DNA of 64,000 bases from an uncultured Planctomycetota bacterium (GCA_963845755.1 CAWJTV010000049.1:1-64000); one strand, 5' to 3'. Shown: positions 31,570 through 42,452, numbered from the stretch's first letter. Notes: generated by a model from the sequence alone, not told the origin. A program made the numbers and translations.

Positions 31570-33165
31570 TTGAGTGACACTTCCGAACAACCCTCGGAGT
31601 CGAGCCTCGCCCTCCCGCCGATTCTCCGCGCCGAGCGGGCGAGCGCGCCGCTCTTCAGGCGGCCGTGGTACCTCGGCGTCGGGCCGGCATACCTGACCCT
31701 CTTCGTCTGGGCGCCGTTCTTCGACCCGCTCTGGGCCTACGACCTGCCCCGCGCCAGCCTCCCGTGGCTCGTCGGTACGGCGGTCCTGGCATCGATCCTT
31801 TGCTACGCGTGCTTCTACTACCCCACCGCGATCTGGGGACACCAGACCGGCCGGGGGTTAGGGCTCGTGGCGGCGTCAACGTTCGGCACGATGGGATCCG
31901 AGTGGATTACGGGAGTCGCCATCGGGGTTGCACAGCTCATCTGGTTCGCCGTGGCGATCGATTATGGAGTTTCATCGACGTTCGCTGGACTGATGACATG
32001 CGGATTAATATCTGCGGACGTGCTGGACCGACGGCACCTCGGCCCGCTCAGCCTGCGCAGCCCGGTCTTCCTGGCCACGGCGGCATTCTGGATCTTCATC
32101 ACGAGTTCGGCGAGTCTGCTCCGCCTGGTGGGAATCATCGCGGCCCTGATGAGGGTCTACGCGCCGGTCGCGCTCGTGTTGCTCACGGCAACGGCGTTCT
32201 GGCTGCTCCCGACGCTGGCCGATTATCGGGTCGAGAACGCGGTCGACATCGCACGCGCATCGGGCCTCGCCGAGGGAGGAGTGCCGACCGATTCGGCGCT
32301 CTCGCTGTTCACGGGATTCTTCGCCATGCTGGGCTTGCTGAGCGTGGACTGGGGTGCCGCCTCGTCGCGGCGCCGCGACGTGACGGCCGGGGGACTGGCC
32401 ACCATCGTGGTGACTGGGGCGTGGACGGCGACGATGGCCCTCATCGTGGTCGCGGGCGCAGTGGGGCGGGTCCGAGGGGTCGATCCGGTCTGGGCGGAAA
32501 CCACCGCCGAGCCGCCGCCACTCTCGTTTCGATGGGGGGTCATTCATGGGATCGGAGGTTACCCGGCGAGTCTCATCCTGATCCTCTTCGGCCTGGCCGC
32601 GCTCGCGCCCGCGTGCTATGCCTCATGGGTCTTTTCGTTCCGGTTCGCGGCCCACTGGCCGGGCATCCGTCGCTTGAACTGGACCTGGATCGGGGATGGG
32701 ATTGCCCTCTTGCTGATCGCCCTGTGCTGGTCGAGCCGGCTCGACACGATTGACCGCATGATGGGATTGGTCTTCGCGCCGGCCGTGGGTGCGATGACCG
32801 GCGATTTCCTGAGCCAACAGAGCCGTTGGGGCGGTGTACGTCGTGGCCTCAACGCCGCCGGAGTTCTCGCCTGGTCGGCCGGACTAACATTTCAAGGGAG
32901 CGTCGAGTTCCTGGCGAACCGCAATCCGGAGAGCGTCGCCCGCTTCATCCCGTCGCCGCTCGTCGGATTCGCGACGGCGGCGATTCTCTACGTATTGCTG
33001 GCCCGGATCGGACTGGTACGACTGCCAATTCCTCACGACGGTCTCGAGAACCCCGGCGCCTCGCTTTCGACCGTCTCCGTTGCCGAGATTCCGACATCGA
33101 GTCGCGACTCGATCGCGGCCGGCGGCCCTGAACCGACATCGCCTGGAGCTTGTCGAGATGGATAA
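31570..33165 (+). CDS. Purine/cytosine permease-like (NCS1) membrane protein
   Basis: About 12 TMs; GHQTGRGLGLVAASTFGTMGS, WFAVA, APAVGAMTGDF. Confidence 0.65.
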   Translation: MSDTSEQPSESSLALPPILRAERASAPLFRRPWYLGVGPAYLTLFVWAPFFDPLWAYDLPRASLPWLVGTAVLASILCYACFYYPTAIWGHQTGRGLGLVAASTFGTMGSEWITGVAIGVAQLIWFAVAIDYGVSSTFAGLMTCGLISADVLDRRHLGPLSLRSPVFLATAAFWIFITSSASLLRLVGIIAALMRVYAPVALVLLTATAFWLLPTLADYRVENAVDIARASGLAEGGVPTDSALSLFTGFFAMLGLLSVDWGAASSRRRDVTAGGLATIVVTGAWTATMALIVVAGAVGRVRGVDPVWAETTAEPPPLSFRWGVIHGIGGYPASLILILFGLAALAPACYASWVFSFRFAAHWPGIRRLNWTWIGDGIALLLIALCWSSRLDTIDRMMGLVFAPAVGAMTGDFLSQQSRWGGVRRGLNAAGVLAWSAGLTFQGSVEFLANRNPESVARFIPSPLVGFATAAILYVLLARIGLVRLPIPHDGLENPGASLSTVSVAEIPTSSRDSIAAGGPEPTSPGACRDG

Positions 33166-33189
33166 CCTACTTCGAGGGCGCCTCGGCCG

Positions 33190-34572
33190 TTGCCGACGGC
33201 GCCGGGCTCCGCTTCGTCGATCTCGACCGGCCCAGAGTCAGACGCAATGACCGAATCCCGGCCGTCCTCCCGATCCTTCCGCGCGGTCCCTGCCCGGACC
33301 TTCGCCGCGCTGGGGCATCCCGGATTTCGACGCTACTACATGGGGCAGGGGATCAGCCTGGTGGGGACCTGGCTCCAGGCCGCGGCCGTGCGCTGGCTCA
33401 TCTTCGACCAGACCCAGTCCGAATTCATGCTGGGCGTCGTCGAGGTCGCATCGCTGATGCCCGGCCTGCTGGTCGGCCTGGTTGCGGGGGCCCTGGCCGA
33501 CCGGGTCGTGCCGCTGACCATGATCGTGCTGATGGAATGCGGCCAGATGCTGCTGACGTTCCTCCTGACGCTGCTGGTTGGGCTGGGGAGCGTGCAGATC
33601 TGGCACATGGCCCTGATCCTGGCCTTGACGCGAATCTGCGTGACGTTCGAGCTGCCCAGCCGTCAGGTGTTCTTCTACGAGCTGGTGGGAGCGGATGTCC
33701 TGCCCAATGCGATCGCGCTCAACTCGGGATTGTTCAATGCCACGCGCGTCCTCGGCCCGGCGCTGGCGGGCGTCTGCCTGACGTTCCTGGGGGCCACGGG
33801 TTGCTTCGCGTTGAACGGGATCAGCTACCTGGCCGCAATCGTCGCAATTTCATCCATCAGGGTGGAGCGGCGGACGACGTCTCAGCCGCATGCCAACTTC
33901 ACGCTCAAGGAAGTCCTGGGCGGCCTCCATTACTTGCGGACCGACCGGCGGATCCTCGCCTTCTTCCTGCTCGTGACGTTCTTCGGCGTGGTCGGTATGG
34001 GCTACGAGGCGATGGTCCCGGCCTATACGAGGCGCATTATCCGGGCGAACGTCGAGGGTTACAGCATCCTGCTGGCCGCCAGCGGGGTTGGTGCGACCCT
34101 GGGTGCCGTCATCGTCGCTTCGCACGGGGCACATCGGCGGAAAGATCGCTGGGCGATCGGTGGGATGATCGTGTTCGCCGCATTCCTGGCCGGAGCGGCC
34201 CTCTTCCCGCTGGCGATCGAGTCGAAGTCGTGGGCCTTCGCGCGACTCTGGGCTGCCGCGGCCTGCCTGCTCGGCATGGGATTTGGCGCCGTGGTCTTCT
34301 ATGCCTCGTGCTTGACGGTGATCCAGTTAAATGTACCCGACCATCTCCGGGGCCGCATAATGGGCATCTGGATGATCGTGTATTCGGGATCCGTTCCGCT
34401 GGGCGCCCTCTGGACCGGCCGGGCCGCCGTCGCGTGGGGCGTCGCCGCCGTGATGGCGTTCTCGGCCTTCCTCTGCGTGGTTGTAGGACTGGTGGTACTC
34501 GCCTCGGGAGTCTTGAACCCGCGCCATCTTGGCAAGGATTCGATTGACGACGACGGCCCACCAGGCCTGTGA
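33190..34572 (+). CDS. MFS transporter (DHA3/EntS-like)
   Basis: FRRYYMGQGISLVGTWLQ, GALADRV, NAIALNS..FNATRVLGPALAG, VPDHLRGRIMG. Confidence 0.9.
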   Translation: MPTAPGSASSISTGPESDAMTESRPSSRSFRAVPARTFAALGHPGFRRYYMGQGISLVGTWLQAAAVRWLIFDQTQSEFMLGVVEVASLMPGLLVGLVAGALADRVVPLTMIVLMECGQMLLTFLLTLLVGLGSVQIWHMALILALTRICVTFELPSRQVFFYELVGADVLPNAIALNSGLFNATRVLGPALAGVCLTFLGATGCFALNGISYLAAIVAISSIRVERRTTSQPHANFTLKEVLGGLHYLRTDRRILAFFLLVTFFGVVGMGYEAMVPAYTRRIIRANVEGYSILLAASGVGATLGAVIVASHGAHRRKDRWAIGGMIVFAAFLAGAALFPLAIESKSWAFARLWAAAACLLGMGFGAVVFYASCLTVIQLNVPDHLRGRIMGIWMIVYSGSVPLGALWTGRAAVAWGVAAVMAFSAFLCVVVGLVVLASGVLNPRHLGKDSIDDDGPPGL

Positions 34573-34658
34573 TCTGAGTAGGCCCGGTTCGGTTCGGCTC
34601 GACTTGACATCTTGGATCGAGCATCCGAACTCTGGCACGTGCCGAGAAAAGGCAGGTT

Positions 34659-36177
34659 ATGCGACTTCCACGAGTCCGGTTCACGATTCGATCTCTCATC
34701 CTCGTCGTGGCGCTGGAGGCATTGAACCTCGGCGCGATCATCGCCACTCCACGAGTCAACTTTCGTCGCAGGCCGTGGACCTCCTCACGTGGGTTAATCT
34801 ATGCCGACCAACGCAGGGAGTACGGCGTCTCCTGCACCTATGCAACGCCCAGCGCGGAAACGCACAAGACGATCGGAGCGAGGATCGTCTCGGTGGGGCG
34901 AAACTTCGAACCAACCGTGCTCCAGGTCTGGTCCCGAGCCATCGCCAGCGCGTCGATCACGCTCCTGGTACTGACCGGCTCCGCGTGGGATTGGGGCACG
35001 GTCCGCCGTAGCACGACGACTCACACCGGAGAAGTGGCTCACGGTCGACGGGCCAGATCATGGCTGGTAGCGAGACTGGGGGTGATGGTCATCGCCCTGA
35101 TCACCATTGCGATTATTGGCATGGTCTTCCGGCCGATTGTGAACGACTACCGAGCGGCAATCGTGGGTCTGATCCTCATGGCCGTCTTGTGGGATTGGGT
35201 CCCGGTGATGCCCCGCGTGTGGCCCGTGGTGCGGTGGGTGTTGCTCGTCATCGGCCTGGTCGCCCTGAACCTGGCCGGCGCCGCCTTTCCGCCCGCCTTC
35301 AACGTCTACGAGCGCACTTGGTCCAATAGCTCGCCTCGGCCACCGCGCGGATTTGGTATCAGGTTCGTGGGCGATTTCAGCCCGAATCCTTCGTTGACCG
35401 CCCGGCCGATCGAACCGCCTCCAGGCACGCGTCTGGAGCTCGACTATTGCGATCTCTTCGAGGGCCTTCCTCGCGTGCTCAACCTCAGCGTCGATGGAAC
35501 TCTGGTGCAACGGAGCCCCATGGAAGTGGCCCTCCCCCCGCCGAACCGGCTGCCAGAGGTTATCTTCCAGGATGATCCGATCGGCGAGGCCACGATCGAA
35601 TTCGGAGAGGACGGCCGCGTCGTCGGGTATGTGGGCCGACCGGGGAAGATGATGTCGGCGCCCCGCTTGCTCCGTCCGCCATCGATTTCGTTCCTGGACA
35701 TGCACTTGCCCATCATGTCCAGCGCGAGCTTCACCCTCCTCGCGTTCGTCATCGCTCGTTCAACGGCTGACGACGCGACAATTCCGAACTCTGGTTACTG
35801 TCATGGTCTTGACAGGCACAAATTTCGCCGGTGCAATCGCGTCCCACGGTAAGTTGCATCCGCGTCTCTTGAGTGCAACATGGGGCTATGCCAAGGAAGG
35901 AGAGAAGTATTACTCGGATGGCAGCAGGCACTTTTTCGAGTGGGCGCCAGGGATCTCCTGGCAAGCGACTGAGTTCGACGGACCCATCCCGCTGATGACT
36001 CTCCTGCAAGCCGGATGGCCGGTCATCGCCAGTGCGTCGATCACCCTTCTGGTCCTCGTGTTCTGGCGGCGCCGGTCCCTGACGACCCAGGCCGAGGCAC
36101 CTTCGGGTTTGCTCATTGGCGGGCTCGCCGCGTCGTCGCGTCCGAATCGGGAAGGGCTGCAGGACCCAGGTCGTTGA
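34659..36177 (+). CDS. Hypothetical membrane protein with three internal TM-loop-TM units (frameshift near 35780-35800)
   Basis: Planctomycete-type N-terminus MRLPRVRFTIRSLIL; motif (I/M)(A/S)SAS(I/F)TLL occurs three times. Confidence 0.6.
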
Positions 36178-39100
36178 CGTCCCAGACCAGGGCGGTGGCG
36201 TCGTCGCTTCCGGAAACGACCGACTTGTCGTCAGCCGTGAAGGCGACGACATTGACGGCCTCGCGGTGCCCCGCAAACCGGCGCAGCTCCTTGCCTGTCG
36301 AGATCTCCCAGACGCTGACCGTCCCGCCGCGGCTTGCGTCGTCGTTTCGGCTCCCTGAGGCGAGGAGGCGGCCGTCGGCGGAAAACGCGACGCTTTCGAA
36401 GGTGCTCCCGGCTACCCCTTCGAGCGCGGCGACCTCTCGGCCCGATGCCAGATCCCAGATGTGGATCGCCCGGTCGATGCTTCCCTGGTTGTTGCCTGTC
36501 TCTCCACCACATGTGGCCACGAGCCTGCCGTCGGCCGAGAAGGCCGTCTGATGACCGAAGCCGTTGGTCGGGTTGAGCTTCGCTCGGACGGCCCAGCGCA
36601 CGGCTCGACCAGACGCGATATCCCAGATCCGGATTCCTTTGGTTTGGACCGTGATGATCTGCTTCCCATCCGGGGAATACGCGATGGGGCAACTGTCGAG
36701 GATCGGCGGTTCGGGCTTTTGAGCGGGCTGGGGTCCAAACGAGGGATTCACCGGTATAGGGATGCCGAAATTGAGCGCGTTTGTCTCAGGCCCGGGAATC
36801 GGGCCGAGGAGGGTGAGCAGGACGTTACCGGTGGCGACATCCCAGACCCTCCCTTCCGCAACCACGGTCTTGCCGTCCGGGGAATACGCAACGTGGCACC
36901 AATTCCCGGGATCGTGATAAGCCAGACGGCGAATCTCCCGTCGATCGGCCACGTTCCATAACGTGACCCCTCGGTACGTGCCCGCGAGGAGGATCTTGCC
37001 ATCCGGAGAGAAATCCATCGTGCAGGCCGGAAGATCAAGTCGGGCCACGATGCCGAGCTCTCGACCTGAAGACGGATCCCACCGCCGGATCGTGCGGTCA
37101 CTCCCGCCGGTGTAGACGGTCCCGTCGGTCGGGGAGACGGCCAGGCACCAGATCGAAGTTTGGTGCCCGACATGGGGGATTCGCTCGCGCCCGGTGGAGA
37201 CCTCCCATAGCCGGATCACCGGCTCGAGCCCGATCGAGGCGAGCGAGTTTCCGTCAGGAGCAAACGACAGCGCGCGGACAAGATCCGGGTGCGCGGGGAA
37301 GTGACGAAGCTCTTTGCCCGAGGCGAGGTCCCACAAATGGATCAGGCTCTGCGACCTCGTCGGGGGAGGCGATCCGAAGCCACCCACGGCGAGGATCGAT
37401 CCGTCCGAGGAAAACGTCAAGCAATACTTCAGATCCCAGGCATTGGTTGATTGGTCGGGTTGCCCTCCAGGCTGGGGACGTGGCACGTGACCGAGCTTCG
37501 GACCACGTTCCTGTCCCGAGGCCACGTCAAGGATCCGGATCGCCCCATCGTTGGCGCTACTGGCCAGAAGGGTCCCATCTGCCGAAAAGGCGAACGGGGC
37601 GGCCAGGATTCCTGGGAGGTCGATACGCCTCCGTTCTTCCCCGGTCGGGACGTCGAAACGGCGTAGGCTGATACGATCGCGAACCGGCAGAGCGGCGAAG
37701 ACCTCGGCAGGCGGCTGGCGAAAAACTTCCTCCAGGATGACCAGGGCCTTGCCGTCGGCAGAGAGCTTGAAGCACGTGGAGTACGAGAGGTCCACTCGCA
37801 GACGGCGCCGATACTCTGTACGGCTGGTGACGTCCCAGAGCGTGATGAACTCCCACGTGTGGCCGACCTCACTGCGCTTCCCGGTGCACGCCGCCAGCGT
37901 AAGGCCGTCCGGAGAGAAGCTCAGCCCCTGGTACGTTTCTCCCGGCATTGCGTGCCAGCGCCGACGCAAATTCCCGGTGACCACATTCCAGAGGTTCAGC
38001 CGATGATCCGCGTCAAAAGCCGCCAGGGTCGCCCCGTCGGGTGAGAGTGCAATCTCCCCGGGGATCTCCGTGATCTTGTGGAGGAGTCGGCCCGTGATCG
38101 CATCCCAGACGCAGGCGTTCGTCCCGATCGACGTGACCAGGAGTTTGCCGTCGTGCGAGTGAAGGACCTGACCGAACTCCGAAGGGTAATCGAGTCCCGG
38201 TCCCTTTGCCAGGAACTCAAGGGTCCCGAGGCGCGCTAGGGCATGTCCGGGAAGGGGATAAGCCGGTAGATTGGGCGGAGACCTCTCGAGGATTCCCGTC
38301 CCGGCCGGACTGGGATCGGATCGAGACGATCCTGGCACGTCGAGTGCAGTCCCCAGTACGAGCGCGACGCCGCTCGCGAGCAGCGCCATCGTCAACGTGG
38401 TCATCTTCAAGCGAGTCATGAAGAGGTTTCTCAACACGCTCGAGACGAATGAAACGAGGCCAGCCGCTGCTGAGACGTCTTGCGTCGCGATGGTGACCGT
38501 TGCGTTATGCAAGGTCACAGGAACCTCTGCCCGGGCGCCTGGCTCCAGCAGGGCGGCCCCGATCATCCCCGCCGGCGCCAGTCCGCGGCGGATCAATCGC
38601 CTTCGGAGGAGATCCCTGGCCCGCGCCAGCCGGCCGCGGACTGTCCCGACCGGCCAGCGGAGCGCGGCGGCAGCCTGGGCATGCGTCCGCCCTTCCAGAT
38701 AGCAGAGCACCACGGGATCGCGATACTTGGCCGGCAGCCGGTTGATCTCGGCTTGCACCGTGGCGCGGAGATCGTCGAGCTCGACCATTGGGGCGACCCG
38801 ATCCGCCGCGGCATTCCGCGTCGCGATACGACGCTCGCGCGCCAATCGCCGGACCCGGCTGCGCCGCGCCTTCGAGGCGGTATGGTAGGCGACTCCATGA
38901 AGCCAGGGTCCTAACGATTCGGTCCCCCGCACCCGGAGCGTACCGGCGCGGTGGAGCAGGACCAGGAAGGTGGCCTGGAACGCGTCCTCGGCGGCGTGAT
39001 GGTCGCCCAGGACCTGCCGGCAGACGTTCAAGACCATCGAGCCATGCCGCGTCAGGATCGTCGCGAACGCCCCCTCGGCCGACTCCCGATCGCGGTTCGC

Positions 39101-39202
39101 CAGTTGCTGGACGAGCTGACTGTCGGCCAGTCCCGTGGCACTCCCCGTGCCGAAGAGACGGATCAAATGACGGCCGAGATCGCCTTTCACTCCGTTTGCC
39201 AT
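36113..39202 (-). CDS. ECF sigma factor fused to TM segment and WD40 repeats
   Basis: RHGSMVLNVCRQVLGDHHAAEDAFQATFLVL, LPAKYRDPVVLCYLEG..WPVGTVRGRLARAR, then many FSPDG..IRLWD WD40 repeats. Confidence 0.92.
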   Translation of the reverse strand: MANGVKGDLGRHLIRLFGTGSATGLADSQLVQQLANRDRESAEGAFATILTRHGSMVLNVCRQVLGDHHAAEDAFQATFLVLLHRAGTLRVRGTESLGPWLHGVAYHTASKARRSRVRRLARERRIATRNAAADRVAPMVELDDLRATVQAEINRLPAKYRDPVVLCYLEGRTHAQAAAALRWPVGTVRGRLARARDLLRRRLIRRGLAPAGMIGAALLEPGARAEVPVTLHNATVTIATQDVSAAAGLVSFVSSVLRNLFMTRLKMTTLTMALLASGVALVLGTALDVPGSSRSDPSPAGTGILERSPPNLPAYPLPGHALARLGTLEFLAKGPGLDYPSEFGQVLHSHDGKLLVTSIGTNACVWDAITGRLLHKITEIPGEIALSPDGATLAAFDADHRLNLWNVVTGNLRRRWHAMPGETYQGLSFSPDGLTLAACTGKRSEVGHTWEFITLWDVTSRTEYRRRLRVDLSYSTCFKLSADGKALVILEEVFRQPPAEVFAALPVRDRISLRRFDVPTGEERRRIDLPGILAAPFAFSADGTLLASSANDGAIRILDVASGQERGPKLGHVPRPQPGGQPDQSTNAWDLKYCLTFSSDGSILAVGGFGSPPPTRSQSLIHLWDLASGKELRHFPAHPDLVRALSFAPDGNSLASIGLEPVIRLWEVSTGRERIPHVGHQTSIWCLAVSPTDGTVYTGGSDRTIRRWDPSSGRELGIVARLDLPACTMDFSPDGKILLAGTYRGVTLWNVADRREIRRLAYHDPGNWCHVAYSPDGKTVVAEGRVWDVATGNVLLTLLGPIPGPETNALNFGIPIPVNPSFGPQPAQKPEPPILDSCPIAYSPDGKQIITVQTKGIRIWDIASGRAVRWAVRAKLNPTNGFGHQTAFSADGRLVATCGGETGNNQGSIDRAIHIWDLASGREVAALEGVAGSTFESVAFSADGRLLASGSRNDDASRGGTVSVWEISTGKELRRFAGHREAVNVVAFTADDKSVVSGSDDATALVWDVNDLGPAALPDSDATTRRARQ

Positions 39203-39377
39203 CCTCCTCGACCCTCCTGCTCGAGAGTGCCGTGATCCCGGACTCCTCCCTATACTCCCCGCGGGCGAGGATCTCAATACACTTTGTGGTGCGAGATCTG
39301 GCGAAAATCAAGCGATTCTGCGAGGGTGTACCCGAATCGCCAGCCGTGCCCCGACCCGCCTCGTCCACCCCTGAGAT

Positions 39378-40985
39378 GTGATTCTTATGCTGATCGCCTA
39401 CGTCAGCGACGAGCGTTATGTCGCACTGGCCGATGTCCTTCTGGAGTTCGAGGGGGAATCCGGCTCGTTCGAGGCCAGCTCACGAGCCACGGGTTCGGTG
39501 CATGTCGACCTGGCGCCGGGCCGCTACAAGGTCACACTCCAGAAGCCTGGTTTCGGGTCCAAAAGCGTGCACATGGACGTCGTGCCGGGGCAGCCGCCTT
39601 ATCAGTTCCGACTCCTGACGGATGGCCTGCTCGGCTACGCCTGGCCCAAGTGGGTCAAGGTGGGTGCGAAGTCCGAGTTTCGGGTCCACTCCGTCGAGCC
39701 GTATCAGCTCAGCCTCTGGCGGTATGGAATCCAGAAGGAGTTCATCCGCAGCCTCGGATGGTTCGACGAACATGGACCCAGGGCCACGATGCAGATCACG
39801 CCCGACGGCGACTACACTCAGACCGGCGTCTTCTGGAACAAGTTCGGCTACGCCAACCCGCATTTGCACCAGTACGTCGAGGCGCCCTCCCGCTCGGGGT
39901 TGTACTATTTCCGTGCGCGGACGGCCCGGGGAGCCGAATTCAGCTTTCCCTGGATCGTTGCGCCGGAACAGCCGACGTCGCCCGTCGCGGTGCTGGCATC
40001 GAACATCACCTGGAATGCCTACAACAACTTCGGCGGCCGGAGCAACTACATCAATCCGGACCGGTTGCCGACGACTCCCACGGTCAACGCCCGGCTCGAG
40101 CTGAAGCGATACACCGATCCGGACAGCATCACGTACGACACCGAGGACTATGCCCCACTCTCCTTCGACCGCCCCGAACCGATCAATCACATCGATGCGA
40201 ACACCGAGATCACCGACCCGATCGAGGGCCGCGCCGCGTGTCATCTCGCGCCGGCCGAGTGGCGGTTCCTTGGCTGGCTCGAACGCGAGCGCCTGGCCTA
40301 CGACTACTTCGCCGAGACGCAACTCCACGACGGGACGCTCGACCTCGACGCCTACAAGGTCTTGATCCTCTCGACGCATCCCGAATACTGGTCGCGGGAG
40401 ATGTATTTCCGTGTCAGGTCGTGGATCAACGAGCGAGGCGGCCGGCTCATGTACCTGGGAGGTAACGGACTGAACTGCGAGGCGGAGTTCGTCGACTCGA
40501 GCGCCGTGATCTACCGCAACGGCGACGGCCGCGCCCTGAAGCGTGGAGGCTACGAGAGCCGGTTCCACATGCGCGTCGAATCGGAGGCCAACCTGCTGGG
40601 CGTGGTGTTCACCGACACCGGGATCATGACCGGTGCGCCGTATCGCGCGATCGATTCCGCGCACTGGGCTTTCGCCGGCACGAGCCTCGAGAACGGCAAC
40701 CTTTTCGGCCAGTCGAGCTTGCATATGCGGTGTCCCGGCGGCGCATCCGGCCACGAGACCGACAAGGTCTCGCCCAGCTCGCCGACGAACGTCGTGCGAT
40801 TGGCCAAGGGGACCAATATCGACGAAGGCGGCGCCGAACTGGCCTACTACGAGACGCCTTCCGGCGGCGCGGTCTTCTCCGTCGGCTCGATCGCCTGGCC
40901 CAGCGCGATCCTCGTCGACGATAATGTCTCCCGGATGACGGCCAATGTGTTGAGGCAATTCCTGAGCGCTCTGGTCTCTGGCTGA
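39378..40985 (+). CDS. N,N-dimethylformamidase beta-subunit-like protein with N-terminal carboxypeptidase-regulatory-like domain
   Basis: TWNAYNNFGGRSNY, LSFDRP, FLGWLERE, HPEYWS, LGGN, GGAVFSVGSIAW. Confidence 0.8.
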   Translation: MILMLIAYVSDERYVALADVLLEFEGESGSFEASSRATGSVHVDLAPGRYKVTLQKPGFGSKSVHMDVVPGQPPYQFRLLTDGLLGYAWPKWVKVGAKSEFRVHSVEPYQLSLWRYGIQKEFIRSLGWFDEHGPRATMQITPDGDYTQTGVFWNKFGYANPHLHQYVEAPSRSGLYYFRARTARGAEFSFPWIVAPEQPTSPVAVLASNITWNAYNNFGGRSNYINPDRLPTTPTVNARLELKRYTDPDSITYDTEDYAPLSFDRPEPINHIDANTEITDPIEGRAACHLAPAEWRFLGWLERERLAYDYFAETQLHDGTLDLDAYKVLILSTHPEYWSREMYFRVRSWINERGGRLMYLGGNGLNCEAEFVDSSAVIYRNGDGRALKRGGYESRFHMRVESEANLLGVVFTDTGIMTGAPYRAIDSAHWAFAGTSLENGNLFGQSSLHMRCPGGASGHETDKVSPSSPTNVVRLAKGTNIDEGGAELAYYETPSGGAVFSVGSIAWPSAILVDDNVSRMTANVLRQFLSALVSG

Positions 40986-41111
40986 TAGCGTCGCTCTGCG
41001 AATTCCCCGGAAGACTCGGGATGCTGACTTGGGTAGAATTGATCAACATCCTGCCTGACGTCAAGCGGTAGTCGAGAAACCGACCATGCTTCCGAAAAGA
41101 GTCATTCGTCT

Positions 41112-41600
41112 ATGAAACCAGTTCGGCGCCTCAACCTCGATGCGTTCGAAGGAGATAGTAAAGTCGGCTCTGAAACGAATCGCGAGTATTTCCGGCGCGA
41201 TCAACGTGATGGCATCAGCCCTCCGGATTTATCCAAGCAGTGCACGTTCGCCGAGCATATCGTGCATGCACGGGGCAAACGAACCCGATACACAAGTGTC
41301 TCGCTTGATCTGACGAGGATCAAAGACTTCGGGGACACCGACTTTCGTCTGGAACGGCAAATCCTCCTTCAGGATCGGCACGAATTGGTCGAGCATGAGA
41401 TGTTACTCGGCGAACTTCGAAGAGTGATCCGCGAAGGTGAGAAGGCAGAGCGTCAGCGAGCGATCCAGGCGATGAGATACGCAACAAGGCGCAAAGAGGG
41501 TCTGGTGAACTGGTCCTTCGACATCACGCGAGTCGCGCCGAAGAACCTCTTGACCTGGACCAAGGCTCGAATTCAATCCTACTTCAGACGGCTAAAATGA
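41112..41600 (+). CDS. Hypothetical protein, putative R-S-E ADP-ribosyltransferase fold
   Basis: N-terminal VRR strand, GISP..EHIVHARG..YTSVSLD, and AMRYATRRKEGLV. Confidence 0.5.
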   Translation: MKPVRRLNLDAFEGDSKVGSETNREYFRRDQRDGISPPDLSKQCTFAEHIVHARGKRTRYTSVSLDLTRIKDFGDTDFRLERQILLQDRHELVEHEMLLGELRRVIREGEKAERQRAIQAMRYATRRKEGLVNWSFDITRVAPKNLLTWTKARIQSYFRRLK

Positions 41601-42412
41601 TGGATGAGCTATTCTCTTGCCGCAATTGCATTCACAACGCCGGGCAGAGTCTCCTGATCGGCCAGGGCTCAGGATTCTGCTTGCAGCACGAATCCGTCGT
41701 TTGGGAACCCGATCGAACGACCTGCAAATATCTTCACCGCAAGGATCTGCCTTACTTCGTCGTGGAGGAAGGGATTCGCGAACACGCTGCCGAGTTCGCC
41801 GGATTCCCGTTTCTGGTTTCGCTTCATGAGAAGAAATCGATCGAGCGGATTCCCTACAGCGAGAAGCTTCGATGGGAAAAAAAGTCCTTCGATCCAGTCG
41901 TTCATTCGCTGGCCCAGTATTACAAGGTCCAACCGAGGTGGATCTTGATTTCGGCTCTTTCCGGAGGCGTGGACGGCCGGCGTTCACTCACTCACAGCTC
42001 TCTTGTTCGACATTATATGTATCAGTGTAATACCTGGAAGAGTTCGTATCGCCTAGTACTCGGCCTCTTGGAGGAGATCGACATCAAGCCCCAATTCGAG
42101 CCCCGAGAGATCGTCCGTTCGGAGGGCACTTCCGACGCGGAGGCGGCCGAGGAAGCAACTTGGGATGTGGTCTTCGCTCGCTTGAATGCGGTTCAAGAAT
42201 ATGGCTGGCACGCGGGTCTCGAAACCCTCATGTGGGCCAGCGACGCACTCAACGGCAGCCTGGCTGAGTTGAACTGGCCAGGTCTGCAAGCCGAGTTGGC
42301 GACACATCGCGCGTCGTGGATCAAGCTGATCATCTCGAGTGCGAAGAAGCACCACGAATTCTTCCCGACGCCGGAACCCGGTTCAGGGAGGGCCTCCGAT
42401 GTTGAAGAATGA
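41597..42412 (+). CDS. Hypothetical protein with N-terminal Cys/His metal-binding cluster
   Basis: CRNCIH..FCLQH..TCKYLH; ATGA-type overlap with the upstream gene's end (41597-41600). Confidence 0.7.
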   Translation: MMDELFSCRNCIHNAGQSLLIGQGSGFCLQHESVVWEPDRTTCKYLHRKDLPYFVVEEGIREHAAEFAGFPFLVSLHEKKSIERIPYSEKLRWEKKSFDPVVHSLAQYYKVQPRWILISALSGGVDGRRSLTHSSLVRHYMYQCNTWKSSYRLVLGLLEEIDIKPQFEPREIVRSEGTSDAEAAEEATWDVVFARLNAVQEYGWHAGLETLMWASDALNGSLAELNWPGLQAELATHRASWIKLIISSAKKHHEFFPTPEPGSGRASDVEE

Positions 42413-42452
42413 GTGCCGACGACGCCGATCGCTTTGATTTTCGAAAACTCGT

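Noticed and set aside
39480..40958. 492-aa minus-strand ORF (and similar ones at 654-2516, 23354-24751, 50286-51467)
   Set aside because: Shadows of well-supported opposite-strand genes, with no recognisable motifs.
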